Virus record (IMG/VR): IMGVR_UViG_3300021256_000006
Coordinates: 1-64,000 of that record
Length of the DNA stretch: 64,000 nucleotides
Origin: a virus
Strand: one strand, 5' to 3'
Positions 46,798 to 58,200 of this stretch are shown here, piece after piece. The position numbers and the translations under genes are program-made. The first letter of the stretch is position 1; every line of letters starts with the position of its first letter. Under the pieces are notes generated by a model. That model did no database searches. It had not been told where the DNA came from and was given only the letters and a program-made list of their open reading frames with translations.

Positions 46798-46903
46798 TAC
46801 CTTTGCACCGGAAATGCGATAGTTTCCGGTCATAGTAATCCTTGTTTCCAAGGATGATTTGATGATGAGGAGGGCGGCGTGATGAACCGCCCTCCAACTT
46901 TTT
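46798..46903 (+). ncRNA. candidate sRNA or leader with its own promoter and terminator
   Basis: -33 TTTG (46774-46777) and -7 TAccTTTG (46798-46805). Hairpins CCGGAAA/TTTCCGG and CCTTG/CAAGG. Terminator GGAGGGCGG-9 nt-CCGCCCTCC followed by AACTTTTT (46869-46903). Confidence 0.45.
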
Positions 46904-46917
46904 CCCATCCTTTGCTC

Positions 46918-46985
46918 CTGCGTACAGCGGTTTTCCCGCTGACACCGCTCAATCACCCTCCCTGCGTACAGCGGTTTTCCCGCTG
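46918..46985 (+). repeat. two hairpin motif copies (46918-46941, 46962-46985)
   Basis: CTGCGTACAGCGGTTTTCCCGCTG twice, 20 nt apart. Confidence 0.9.
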
Positions 46986-47090
46986 TCTCCCATCTTATAT
47001 AAATAATGTGTACTGCAACTTCAAGACAAAAAAGTTGCAAAACATGTTGCATAACATAAAAATGATGTAACAAAATACATCAAAACACGA

Positions 47091-47098
47091 TAACTTTG
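47091..47098 (+). promoter_or_regulatory. Bacteroidota -7 box TAacTTTG
   Basis: 67 nt upstream of the ATG at 47165. Confidence 0.45.
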
Positions 47099-47164
47099 CA
47101 AACAGAATCAATAAACGCTGCGCCAGATAGCAAAACCAAATCCCAAGGGCATGGGTAACAGATT

Positions 47165-48280
47165 ATGAAAAAGTTCACAGCATCCGAGAACGCAACACGC
47201 AAGCAGGTTTTCGCCTACAACCGCGAGAGGTCAAAGAACTCATGGATGGACTCTTGCACCAAGGTATTCGGCAAGAGTAAGGTTGTTCGCCAGGCCATCG
47301 AAGACAGCAACAAGCGCATTGCTTCTCACACTACAGTTCTTACAGGTATCGACGCTTACAAGGCTCGATTGAAGGACCGCCTCGAAGGTTTTGCCGCTTG
47401 CCTTCCTTCATCCGGTTACAGCATGGGCGAGTTCAAACACATTACTTGCCGCCACCTGGGCATCGTTTCTTCTTACGACGCTACCGATGAATACGCAAGG
47501 TCTTGCAAGTTCCGCGCAACTCACGGACGTGTAGAGGTTGAGCTTCCCGTTCGCTTGCTCGCCAAGGCTGAGAACATGGACGGCATGATTACCATCCGCA
47601 CCAAGCAGATTCAGAATCGCATCTGGAAGTGCCAGTGGGTAGAGTTTGACTACACCCGAAACGGTCGTGGCATCATCAACAGCGAGGTTGGCTACCATCT
47701 GGTAAGTGGTTACGTTGTACGCTATGAGAACCACCGAGTTGAGACTTACGCTTTCAAGAATGGTAAGAACAACACATCAGGCGTTGATTACATCGGAGGT
47801 TGGTATCACACCACATCACTTGACAAAGCTCGCAAGAACTTGAAGAGATACCTTGCTGAAGAGAAGTATTACACCAAGTGTCACGCCATCTTCGCAAAGC
47901 GTCGCGCTATCGAAGAGAAGGAGGACGAGAAACGCGCCAAGGCTGAAGCTCGTGCCAAGGCAAAGGCTGCCAAGGAGTTTGCCAAGCAGGTGAAGCGCGT
48001 ACAGAAGAGCACCGAACTTTCCGACATCCTTCAGCACATGTACGTCTATCAGGACAGCATCAAGGCTGGCAACTGTGTGCCCGGAACCGATGGATTCCTC
48101 AAAGCTCACAACCTTCAGAAGACTGACACCCGTAGCGGTGAGTTTCTTCTCCGCATCAGTCGCCACACATGGCAGCATAAGAACGTCATCCGCGTCCTTG
48201 TCCGCTACGCCGCTGACACTCACACCGATTTCTATCAGCAGAATCAGGAGGCTGTTCGTTCAATTCTTAATACTTTATAA
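47165..48280 (+). CDS. hypothetical protein
   Basis: 371-aa ORF. Confidence 0.65.
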   Translation: MKKFTASENATRKQVFAYNRERSKNSWMDSCTKVFGKSKVVRQAIEDSNKRIASHTTVLTGIDAYKARLKDRLEGFAACLPSSGYSMGEFKHITCRHLGIVSSYDATDEYARSCKFRATHGRVEVELPVRLLAKAENMDGMITIRTKQIQNRIWKCQWVEFDYTRNGRGIINSEVGYHLVSGYVVRYENHRVETYAFKNGKNNTSGVDYIGGWYHTTSLDKARKNLKRYLAEEKYYTKCHAIFAKRRAIEEKEDEKRAKAEARAKAKAAKEFAKQVKRVQKSTELSDILQHMYVYQDSIKAGNCVPGTDGFLKAHNLQKTDTRSGEFLLRISRHTWQHKNVIRVLVRYAADTHTDFYQQNQEAVRSILNTL

Positions 48281-48336
48281 TCCTACTTCATTATATAACC
48301 CAACAGCCCTCGACATCACGGTTAAGTCAGGAACTT

Positions 48337-49149
48337 ATGAAAACAATGGAATGGAAAGATTACCTGAATACTCAGCAAGATGCCTATTTGGATGAAGAAA
48401 ATGGTGCTGACAACGAGGTTGCATATAAGAATGATGACTATACAGTATGGGCACACCAGTCATTACACGCAGACGGAGAACATTTCTTCAGTGGTAGCGG
48501 CATTGATTTCGCGATGGTTAGCAACAACGCTGAATACGAATACCTGTGCTATGACTGCACGCTGAATGAGATTATCAAGAGTCTGGCTCCCGATGCTGAG
48601 ACTATGCAGGACGTAGCCGACTACTACAACAATTGCGAATCCCTCGACACCCAGGCTCTTGAAGCCATGATTGAGGCTAACGGATGGGTAAGCGATTGTG
48701 ATACCGAGTGGGGTGTATGCCACAACGACACAGAGAGGGTGATCATCAACGATGAAGGTCAGGCTGTAGTTGTTTCGATGGAAAAGAACTCAGCACTTGC
48801 CGCGCTCATGGATGTTAGACTTCAAATTGCGGTCGAAGGTTGGACTATCCCCACCAATGACGAAGGTAGTGGCAGCGCAGGCGTGAACTTCCTGACAGAC
48901 ACCGAGGCTGTTGATGCTTACATCCGCTTTGCCTTGACAGGTGACAACACCGATTGTCCTAACACTAACAGCATCGAGTATGTTCCTGTTGCTGATTTTG
49001 GCGACACCGAGAATGAAGTGCTCGACGAGATTATGCAGTACGCTCACATTTGCAACGTGGAACGTGACGAGGTTCTTGGATTCATCGTCTGTCACGAAGC
49101 ATATCACGATATGCCTTACACATTCTACATCACTCACATTCGCGGATAA
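48337..49149 (+). CDS. hypothetical highly acidic protein
   Basis: 270 aa with very few K/R and many D/E. Confidence 0.6.
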   Translation: MKTMEWKDYLNTQQDAYLDEENGADNEVAYKNDDYTVWAHQSLHADGEHFFSGSGIDFAMVSNNAEYEYLCYDCTLNEIIKSLAPDAETMQDVADYYNNCESLDTQALEAMIEANGWVSDCDTEWGVCHNDTERVIINDEGQAVVVSMEKNSALAALMDVRLQIAVEGWTIPTNDEGSGSAGVNFLTDTEAVDAYIRFALTGDNTDCPNTNSIEYVPVADFGDTENEVLDEIMQYAHICNVERDEVLGFIVCHEAYHDMPYTFYITHIRG

Positions 49150-49179
49150 TAACGAACGAAAGCATTATATCATATAATT

Positions 49180-49398
49180 ATGAATTTACTCCAACTATCA
49201 GCAGTTGCACAGGCATACTACGAGGGGCTTCGCGCCCCCAGCCTGGCGCAAGGGTGGGAAAAGTATGTCGCCACCAACGGCACAACGTGTATGTTTGTTC
49301 ACAGCGACTACAACCCACAACCAGGCGAGGCAGTCTTTTTCCTCGCAACGAGAAACCGTCAAATCAGTTGTCAACTCTACAAACACGTTGAACCATGA
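49180..49398 (+). CDS. hypothetical protein
   Basis: 72-aa ORF, ATGA overlap with the next gene. Confidence 0.5.
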   Translation: MNLLQLSAVAQAYYEGLRAPSLAQGWEKYVATNGTTCMFVHSDYNPQPGEAVFFLATRNRQISCQLYKHVEP

Positions 49399-49868
49399 AG
49401 GCTCCACAAAAACCGCTCTTCATCATCGACTCGTCTCACACTCATGGACGAGGGACAGAGACAGAATGGGTGAGCTGCACATCATCAAGCTGTCCATTTG
49501 TGGCAAGTGTTGTCGTTGTCAGTGAGCAAGAGTACAACAGGCACTATGACCCTGCTGATACAATGACCGCTTACTCGGACGTACAAAATGGTATGCGCCT
49601 GATGGTTCACGTCACCAACATTGACACCGAGCATGACCCTTCACAACTCCGTACCTTGCTGCGCAAACTTGTGAAGGAGTTAATGCTTCGGAAAGCCATC
49701 GTTGAGTATTCACCAGAGGCACCGTCAGACGAAGCCATCATCAAGTTCATTGAGATTCTGCAAGGGCAGAACCGCGAGAACCTGCGCACGGAACCTAACG
49801 AGCAGACACACCGAACGGTGTATGCGCTCCTGAAGAAGATGCACGATGACTACACGAACAAGCAATAA
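49395..49868 (+). CDS. hypothetical protein
   Basis: 157-aa ORF. Confidence 0.55.
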   Translation: MKAPQKPLFIIDSSHTHGRGTETEWVSCTSSSCPFVASVVVVSEQEYNRHYDPADTMTAYSDVQNGMRLMVHVTNIDTEHDPSQLRTLLRKLVKELMLRKAIVEYSPEAPSDEAIIKFIEILQGQNRENLRTEPNEQTHRTVYALLKKMHDDYTNKQ

Positions 49869-49980
49869 CAAACGAAGGGAGGGAGCCAACAGACTCCCTC
49901 CTAAGATACTAATTTGTGAGCAATTCACATACCGCTTTTGCGGTTATCTACAATAGTAGAAATTCAATGCTGCAAAGGTA
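49862..49980 (-). ncRNA. candidate minus-strand sRNA
   Basis: Minus-strand -7 box TAccTTTG (plus-strand CAAAGGTA at 49973-49980). Hairpin ACCGC-AAAA-GCGGT. 8-bp GC hairpin GGAGGGAG/CTCCCTCC (49878-49901) followed by UUCGUUUGUU on the minus strand. Confidence 0.3.
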
Positions 49981-50042
49981 CTGAGTATGCACGGTGTGAA
50001 CAAACAAAAAAAGATGTTTAACGACATAAAACCACTACAATT

Positions 50043-50204
50043 ATGACTGCAAAACAACTCGACCGCCTCATTGACGAGCTTCTTAATCTAACAGAAGAAG
50101 AACGTAAGCAATTCCTAAGCCGGATGCGACAAGTGATAAAGTCCACAGCTTGCAACTGTGAAGACCTTGCCAAAGCCTTTTCTAATTTCACGCAAGAAGA
50201 ATGA
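50043..50204 (+). CDS. hypothetical small protein
   Basis: 53-aa ORF found by hand (MTAKQLDRLIDELLNLTEEERKQF...). ATGA overlap with the HTH gene. Preferred over the antisense 95-aa track ORF. Confidence 0.4.
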   Translation: MTAKQLDRLIDELLNLTEEERKQFLSRMRQVIKSTACNCEDLAKAFSNFTQEE

Positions 50205-50422
50205 ATACAAGAACTAATATCGGCAAGCGCATTGCCGAACTCCGAGAACAACAAAATCTGTCGCAGAGAGAGCTGGCCCGTCGATGCAACATTGACCAGG
50301 CTCACATATCCAGAATAGAGCGAGGACTGTTATCGCCATCTCTCGACACGCTTGCAGAAATAGCGGAAACACTTGATGCCAAGGTGGAACTTGTCCCCTG
50401 CGCTCAACGGTTTTCCCGTTGA
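50201..50422 (+). CDS. XRE-family helix-turn-helix regulator
   Basis: IGKRIAELREQQNLSQRELARRCNIDQAHISRIERG. The last 8 codons are supplied by hairpin motif copy 50398-50421. Confidence 0.75.
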   Translation: MNTRTNIGKRIAELREQQNLSQRELARRCNIDQAHISRIERGLLSPSLDTLAEIAETLDAKVELVPCAQRFSR

Positions 50423-50458
50423 AAAATAAAAATACTAATCATCAAATCTCAAACAACT

Positions 50459-50908
50459 ATGTTAACAATTATCGCAATCATCATCACAGCAGTAGTGGCA
50501 GCATCACTTACTTTTACAGCCACACGCTCACTCTACATTCACCGCTTTGCGGAATGGTATCGCCAAGCCGTTGACAGCGAAGACATCAACGAAACAGCAA
50601 GAGCTGAAGGAGACGCCATGTATAATACGCTTTACAACAAGTGGCACATGATCCGGGAAGTGGACAATTCCATCATCCCAGAATATGTGTCCCAAAAATT
50701 TGACGTCGAAGGAGATGTGTTCACACAATGTGACCTGCGCTTCAATTGCCGTGTGGCCCGTTGGTTGGGTTATGACCTCACATTGACTAAGCGTGACGTT
50801 CCGCCACCACCACCATTCAAACCATCTTCCCCCAAAAACATACGCACCGAATTGGTGGAGTGCATAGATGCAACATTAAGCGCCGAAGATGAACAGGAAG
50901 AATCATGA
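50459..50908 (+). CDS. hypothetical protein with N-terminal transmembrane helix
   Basis: MLTIIAIIITAVVAASLTF... Confidence 0.55.
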   Translation: MLTIIAIIITAVVAASLTFTATRSLYIHRFAEWYRQAVDSEDINETARAEGDAMYNTLYNKWHMIREVDNSIIPEYVSQKFDVEGDVFTQCDLRFNCRVARWLGYDLTLTKRDVPPPPPFKPSSPKNIRTELVECIDATLSAEDEQEES

Positions 50909-51088
50909 ATGTAACCGCAATTATGTTAAATACCGAGGGGAATGCCTAAAAAAGACGGCACCTTATAAGGGTGTCGCCACTTGTGCTTAGCAATCAAATG
51001 CAGAAACTCTTACCACTCCGTACACATAATTGCCATACAGCATAATATTGATTCCAGTTGCTTTATGTTTGGTGTTCTCGCAATCCCA

Positions 51089-51781
51089 TCACAGGGAGTC
51101 GCTAAAATCTTCTGCTACTTTCATGCTTTGCTCGTCCAGCTCACCAAGTGCAGCAGCAAGTTCACGGCTTTTCCTGCCAAGTGCTTGCCTGAGCCGTTCC
51201 ACCTCCTGCTTCAGTTCAGCAACGGTCGCCCGCTCCTTATCCAGCTCTCTCACAAGCCTTGCATTATAGGACATCACGTCAATATTGCGTGCCGAGAGCG
51301 CTTGTAGGCTCCCTTCTTTTCGCCCCATGTACCCGTCCAGCACAGGAACGTCAACAGAATTGCTGGTGAAGAAGTCTAAAGGATAAGTCTTTGTCTTGTT
51401 GCACATCCTTAACCATTTCTGTATCGTGATGTTAGGCCCTATCGTGTTGCAATTGCGGAAATTGCCGTAAAATGTGGTCGCGCTGATGCCCACAAGAGAA
51501 CAGAAGTCTAAGACCTGCCTTCCTTGGATGGTTGTCACCTCTTCCCCAAATTCTTTGTTCAAGAATCGGATGCGGGTAAAAGAATCGGAGCGTTCTATGT
51601 AGTGTCGTCTTCCCACATGCACCTTTGTGGACTCTTGGGTGCAGATGAAATGTCCGATTTGTATTTTCAACGTGTTGCACAAGTTCAAAAGATTAACGAT
51701 GGGCAGGTCGCCAGAGCGACGCCACCGTCTCAGGGTCGTGTCGGTTACTCCAATCGCTTGTGCTACCGAGTGCGCACTCAT
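51089..51781 (-). CDS. HTH DNA-binding protein with C-terminal coiled coil
   Basis: MSAHSVAQAIGVTDTTLRRWRRSGDLP is excisionase/MerR-type HTH-like. Alternative starts at 51832 and 51925. Minus-strand -7 box at 52028-52035. Confidence 0.5.
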   Translation of the reverse strand: MSAHSVAQAIGVTDTTLRRWRRSGDLPIVNLLNLCNTLKIQIGHFICTQESTKVHVGRRHYIERSDSFTRIRFLNKEFGEEVTTIQGRQVLDFCSLVGISATTFYGNFRNCNTIGPNITIQKWLRMCNKTKTYPLDFFTSNSVDVPVLDGYMGRKEGSLQALSARNIDVMSYNARLVRELDKERATVAELKQEVERLRQALGRKSRELAAALGELDEQSMKVAEDFSDSL

Positions 51782-52171
51782 TTCCAGCAAGGTTGGCAAC
51801 GAACAGAAAAGACTCTCATTAAAATAATACATAATCACAACAAATTTACATAAAAACAATATACTGGGGACGTTATCCTGTCTAAAAATCCTCTGTTTAC
51901 GAACAAACTTAGGGCTAAAATCCAATTCATGTGCGAATGAGTTAAGCCGTCATAATTAAATTACTTCATCCGGTTTCTCACTTTTTTGGCTACAAATTTA
52001 TGCGCACATATTGTATATATATGTATGCAAAAGTATGTTTTGCAGCATGTTTTTCCTGTTGAGAACTTGGCTTCCTAAAGCAAAGTTCTCAAAATTTTTT
52101 CATCACCCCAACCACCAAAGGCCAAACTATGCCCTTTTGTCACTTACCCCCCCCTTTCTCCCTCCTCTCTC

Positions 52172-52195
52172 CTGCGTCCAGCGGTTTTCCCGCTG
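52172..52195 (+). repeat. hairpin motif copy
   Basis: CTGCGTCCAGCGGTTTTCCCGCTG. Confidence 0.9.
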
Positions 52196-52214
52196 TCTCT
52201 CCCTCCCCCTCACC

Positions 52215-52247
52215 CAAAAAGCGCCCGACTTTCACAAGCCGGGCGCT
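52215..52247 (-). terminator. intrinsic terminator of the tape-measure operon
   Basis: AGCGCCCG/CGGGCGCT stem followed on the minus strand by UUUUU. 33 nt after the stop at 52280. Confidence 0.7.
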
Positions 52248-52279
52248 CCCCAAAACAATCAATTAAAAAAAGAAAACGA

Positions 52280-55200
52280 TTACAAATCTATACCTCGTCT
52301 TTGCGCAAACCTGTCGCCTTTCTTCCCCGTTGCTCTCATGCCATACTTTCCATAGTAGTCCACGATGGCGGGGATTCCAGTTTGCTTGATGTCTGCAAGC
52401 ACAGAAGACAGTTCAGAAAGAGTTTGTCTCATGCTCTCCATAGTGCCATCGGTTGAAGGCATAGATGCAGGACTGATAACCTCTCCGATATTTCCGTCTG
52501 CATACGCGCGTACACCTCCACGATTCATCACCACCTCATTGCCCATTCTTGCAGTCTTGGAGAAGTCAATGCTCCGCATTCCATACTGCTTCATGGCATA
52601 AATGCGTCGCAGAGTCTCGGGGTCATACCGTTTCAGTCCTTCGTAAGTCTGGTGGTCGATAATGACTTCTGCCCCTTTCTCGCCCACGATGCCTAAATGA
52701 GGCCCGTTCACCACGCCCGTCTTCAAGTTGGGCTGGTACTTGGCAGCATACGTCTGCCCGTCATTGCCCCTCACACTCACCAACTGGCCCTGCACACGTC
52801 CGTTTCCATCATCCGCATACGCTCCATTCGCATACACTGGATAACGGCCCTTGCCGTAGGTCAGCATACCTGTAGCAAGTTTGCCAGCACTGCCACTGCT
52901 CACGCCAGTTGCAGCAGAAATAGCGCTTCTCGCTTTGGCTGACAATGCGCTGAACACCATGGTCATTAAGAGAGAAAGCCCGGCACCAATAGCCCAGCCA
53001 ATCCAACCAGCTCTTGATGCTTCTTTGGCTTGTGCGCTGGCTGCATCTGTGGCATTCTGTGCCAATTTCACGGTCTCTTCGGCTTGTGCAGTCTGTCCCC
53101 ATACTTTCATTTTTGCCGCTTGTGCTTCAAGTTCGATAGCAAGGAGTTGCTGCTGCTTGACTTGCTCGTTCAATACTTCCATTTTGTCGAACATCTGCTT
53201 GGTGGAGACATAAACAAGCCATTGTGTCAGCATCTTTCCTGTTGTTTGAATCAAATTGGCGAGTGCTTCTCTTGCGGCTTGTTGTCTGTCCTCTTTTTTG
53301 CCAAACATATTGGCACCAAAATCTTCAGCGAATGAATGAAGATTGTCATAATAGGGCTTAATCTGTTCAACGCTATTGGTCATCAGCTCAAACTGCGCTT
53401 GAGTTGCATTTCGCTGGGCTTCTTCCACATCATGCCATGCTTCTGCCTCTGCTTTCATAGAGGCGGTCTTCAGCGCCTCTGCCTCTTGCATCAGTAAAGC
53501 CTTCTCTTTCGGGTCGCCTTCCAGTTCAATTCTTTTCTGAATAGCGGCTATCTCCTTAGCATATCGCTCCTTGTCGAGCAGGTATTGCTCTTTCTTGATG
53601 GCAAGTTCTTCTTTAAGGATGTCGATGTTTGAATACTCTGAAGTGGTCACTCCTGCAACGTCATTTCCAGCCATTCCCCACGATTCTGCCACGCCTTCCG
53701 TCTGCTGGCGCCTTGATAGGCGGTTCGTTCTTTCTTCCCATCGCTGATTTTGCGATAGACCATCTTCTCCAACCATGCTCCGCTCCAGTTCAATTCTTCG
53801 CTCAATCTTCTTAATCATCTTTCGAGTGGCATCTTCATAATCATCGTAGAAACTTTGTGTTTTGAGCACAAGGGCCGACAGCGCATCGGGTGAAAGGCTT
53901 TCAATCCATGCGTTAATGGCTGGGTTGCCGTTCTTTTTGGCGTCTTCTTTCAGTTCTTCGGCAGTCAACGCATATCCTTTTTTGGCTTCCTCCATTAAGA
54001 ACGACATGCGCTCAATCATCATCTTCCGTGTTTCTTCTTCCGTGTGCAGCATGGCTTCATCGGCATCGTTCCAAAGCACACCGAGGTCTGCAAGGTCTTT
54101 GGTGAACGATTCCGCAACTTTGGCAATTGGGCGCTCGTCCAGCAGCACCTTCAGGATTTTTTCTCTATTAGCACGGATATTTTTCTCCAACTCATTCTCG
54201 TCTTTGGCAATGTTCAGCTTGATGCCATCCACCATATTCTGCCCCATACCTTTCAAGAATTCACTCAATGCAGGGAAATCAACCCCCTTCATCAGGTCTT
54301 TCACACCCTCTGTTGCAAACTCATGACTGCTGTCAAGCCATTTCTTGCGAAGGTTCTCACGTTCTAACAGGTGCTCTTGCTCGTTGGCATACATATAGCG
54401 GTTGTATTCATCCTCGCCAATCATCCCCTCATTCAGATACTTCTCTGCCATCATCTTTCTCCGTTCGTAATATTCTTCTAACTTCTTCAAGGTGGCATCC
54501 ATCAGTTCCTTCATTTCGGTTTCTTTCTTCCCTCCCTTCTTGTCTGTAAAGTCTTTGAAGTCACCTTTAGGGTTGGCAAAGTTATCTGTTTCTTGCATTT
54601 TCTTTGCTTCTTGCCAGTTGGTATATGCCCAATTTCTGATCTGCTCCTTGGTCCAGAAGTTGATGTCGGACGGAATGGTTACGCCTGCAGGTGTCTTGTG
54701 GGCGCTGGTCCGCTGAATGTCTTGCCCTGACCTCCAGTTTTTATAGATGTCATTGAAGAAGTCAACAACGTCGGCCAGGTCTGCTCCGGCCTGCTCGGAA
54801 AGGTCAAAGGAAGTCTTTCCCCACGGCTTGATGTATTCAAGCAACTGGGGGATTGCTTTCGCGAACTCTTTGGAATACTTGTCTCCGTATTTATTGCGTG
54901 GGTCTTTATCGTATTTCTCGTTTAATTCTCTGTACTTTGTGATATTGGCATACAGCTCTCTGTATTCCATGCCAGTCTTTTGGGGATTTTGCTGGGCTGC
55001 TACAATCTGCTTCCTCAGTTCTGTCATAAGACGGATTTCCTCGTCTTGTGCCATTTGTTTCTGACCTTTGGCTTGCTCCACAAACGGTGCCCTCACCATT
55101 TCTCCTTCAAACACAGCGTTGATATAATCATTCACGGCTTTTTGAAGGCGTGTGGTCCGTGATTGGGATTTGGCAGCGACGCGCTTTCCCCCGCGCACCA

Positions 55201-58200
55201 TCATGATTTGACCAGTCAATTGATTGGTTTCGTACTTGGTGTTGCTGTCTCCTCCTGTTCCCCAGGTGGTTGCCACCAGTCTTTGGTCATTGCCAAGTCG
55301 TCTGCCAAGTTCGGCTTGTATGCGCTGTTTCAGCTTTTCTTGTTCCGACTTGCTTTGCGGAATACCTTCTTCTGTCATTTGCAGCACCACGCTCTGTATG
55401 CTCGATGCGATATTGCTGCGGTCGTAGGAGGAAATACCTTTCCGTTTGGCCCAGTTCTCGCCCAGATTACCTTGCATGAGCGCTTCTATCATGGCGCCGA
55501 TGGCTTCTCTTTGGTCGTCCCCACTGGCTTCTTCTGCTGCTTGTTTGCCTTTTTCTTCCATGGCTGCTGCGTTCTTTTCGCGGATGGCTGCGGCAGCTTC
55601 ATGATAGGCTATTTTCAACCGTTTGGCAACGTCTTCTTCACGGAGAAGTTTCGAGAGGTAGCCTCCGAACATACGGTTAAAGGCGTTGATTTTGTTGGTT
55701 CTGTCTTGCTGGGCAAGGTTCACATTCTTCAAACTGCGGTACAGGGAATTAAGGCTTGCGATTTCATCCTCGACCTTGTTTTGAAGTTCACCAAGACTCT
55801 TCCTTGCGTCTGCTGTGGCTTTGGCTGTGCGCATGAGATACCCTATCAGCATGCCTAACGCAGTCAGTACAAGTCCAATCCAGTTACTGCTCCACGCAAT
55901 CTTAAAGCGCTCTGTTGCCTGTCGCGCTTTTTCTGCAGCGACGGCGCTTCCCAGCAATGCGGCGGTCTTTAAGGCAAGGACCTTGACGCCTTGATACATG
56001 ATTTGTATAAGCCCGAACAATGTTCCCTTGAATCCTTTATAGGTGGATTCGTTCAATGCGGCAGCGACTGAATCCTGCCACCACGCTTTGGCGTTGACAA
56101 TAAGTTGTTTGGTCAGTACGAGCAATGTGGCAATGACAACTCCGCCAAGGATATTCCACTCTCTCAGCCATTTTACAAAGCCGAGCAGCGTATTGGCCGC
56201 AGTCAGCATTGAGCTATTGGTTCCTTCTACACTGGTGGTCATCTCGTAGAACTCATTGCCTACCTGTGCCATCACACCGGCCAGGTTGTTGTTGGCTCGC
56301 TCAAATTCTTGCGTGACAAGGGTGCCTTCCGCAAATCCTTCCTCTGCAAGGGCAACTTGATAGTTAAGTTCGCCTATGTGTTGGCTTAACAATGCCATGG
56401 CGTTTCTTGCCTGAACATTGTTTCTGCCTCCTATGGCTTTGAAGAAATTGTCATATACGGCAGGACCTTGCTCGCCCAGTTCTGTCAACACAAGCTCTAA
56501 CGCCTCAAAGGTTTTGCCAGCTTGTATCATCTGGTCAAGTTCGTCATAACCGATATTCAGGGCTTGTGCCACGTCTTTGGTATGAGACACAATGCCGAGA
56601 ACCACACGCTGTGTGGCGGTTGAGGAGCGTTCCATGGTCTCGCCTAACGAGCTGAAGGCTCCGCCTAAACCGAAGATTTGCTGCATGGTCAGTCCGGTCA
56701 CACTTCCTGTTGCGCCTAATCGCTTGGTGAACTCTACAACGTCTGCGTAGGTGGCTTTGGAGTTGTTACCGACATTCAAAATAGCAGAGCCAATCTTGTT
56801 CAGGTCTTTTTCCAAACCCTCGCTCTGCTTGTTGACAACATCATTCACCTTCAGCAGGTCGTTGATGGCCTCTGCGCCGCCAATATCACCAAGGGTGTTA
56901 AGAATCTTCTGTCCTTCTTTCACGAAAGAGACAAGACCGTCTGCACCTTCTCGGGTCGCAATACCCAGTTTACCTGCCTGTTCTGCCATCTCCATCAACT
57001 GCTGATTGCTCATTCGGGTGTCAATGGACTGAATGGCATTGGTCATGTGCTCGATTTCTTCTGTTGTCAACTGCGTGACTTTTTGTACATTGGTCATTTG
57101 GTCACTCAGCTCAATCGTGTTATGGATGATTTCTCGTGTCTTGTTCATCAAGGCATTAAAGCCAATATAAATCATCACATAGTTTTTGAGTCGGCTGAAA
57201 GCATTTTCAAGCGTAGAGACATGATGTGCCATGTGGCCGTTCAACCGCTTCACTTGCTCGTTGATGGCTTTGAGTTGCATCGCCTTCTCGTTGTACTCTT
57301 TCTGTGCAGGACTCAGGCTTTCTATCTCTTTTTTCAGCGTCTCGTAGGCGTTCTTCAACTCTGTCAAACTGCGCTTCTTTAACTCGCTTCCTCTGTATTT
57401 CTCCCACTTGATTTCGCTGGATGCCACCTGCTTTGTCTTCCGGTCAATGGCAGTCAGCATGGTCTCTATTTGCTTCAATTGCTCCGGATCTGCGTTTTTA
57501 AGACTCTTCTTGAAGGCTTCAAGGTTGGTCCGAATGGCTTGCAGTTCCTTGGTAGAGGAAGGCAATATTTTGACAACGCGACCAACTCCTTCTATTGCTG
57601 CGTCGTGAAGATTATTGAAGGCTTGTTCTCCGTCAATTACATCTTGCTTGGTTTGTGCAAGGGCCTCGTTGAGTTTGTTGATGGCGTTAGTCGTCGCTTC
57701 CAGTCCAGAACGGTCGTCTGTGCGCAGTTCACTCTTGTATGCCTGTATCTTTTTGATGGCTTCTTCGGTCTCCTTGATGGTGCCTTGGAACTGCCCATTG
57801 TTGACCTGCGTAACTAATGCTTGACCTTCACTAATAGTCGATAATTGTTTGCGATATTCAAGTTCTGCATTAAGTGCTTTTAGGTGGACTGTAGCCGTTT
57901 CTATCTCCTGACTTCCCTGCTTTGCCTTTTCCTGTACCGTCGTCCAATATTTCTGCAGGTTGGCTATTTCTGATTTGCTAAGTTCTGAAACGTGATCCAT
58001 CTCTACAGACATTTGTGTAAACATGCTTGTTCCAGCCTTGTATTTCGATGCGTCTTGGTAGGTCTGTAGATATTGTGTGCCACGAGCAATGGCGCTGTTC
58101 AATTTGTTGGCATATTCTTCTGTAAGGTTTGTCTGCTGCGCAAATTTTTGGAGATACTCCACAGATTTCTGTACTTCTTCAGGCGTTCGGAGGTCCATAA

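Noticed and set aside
46918-46985. Possible CRISPR mini-array formed by paired hairpin-motif copies here and at 63489-63586.
   Set aside because: There are only two repeats per site. The spacers are 20 nt and 50 nt, which are atypical and partly simple-repeat sequence. The other seven copies are solitary and dispersed, some inside genes. No cas genes or leader are present.
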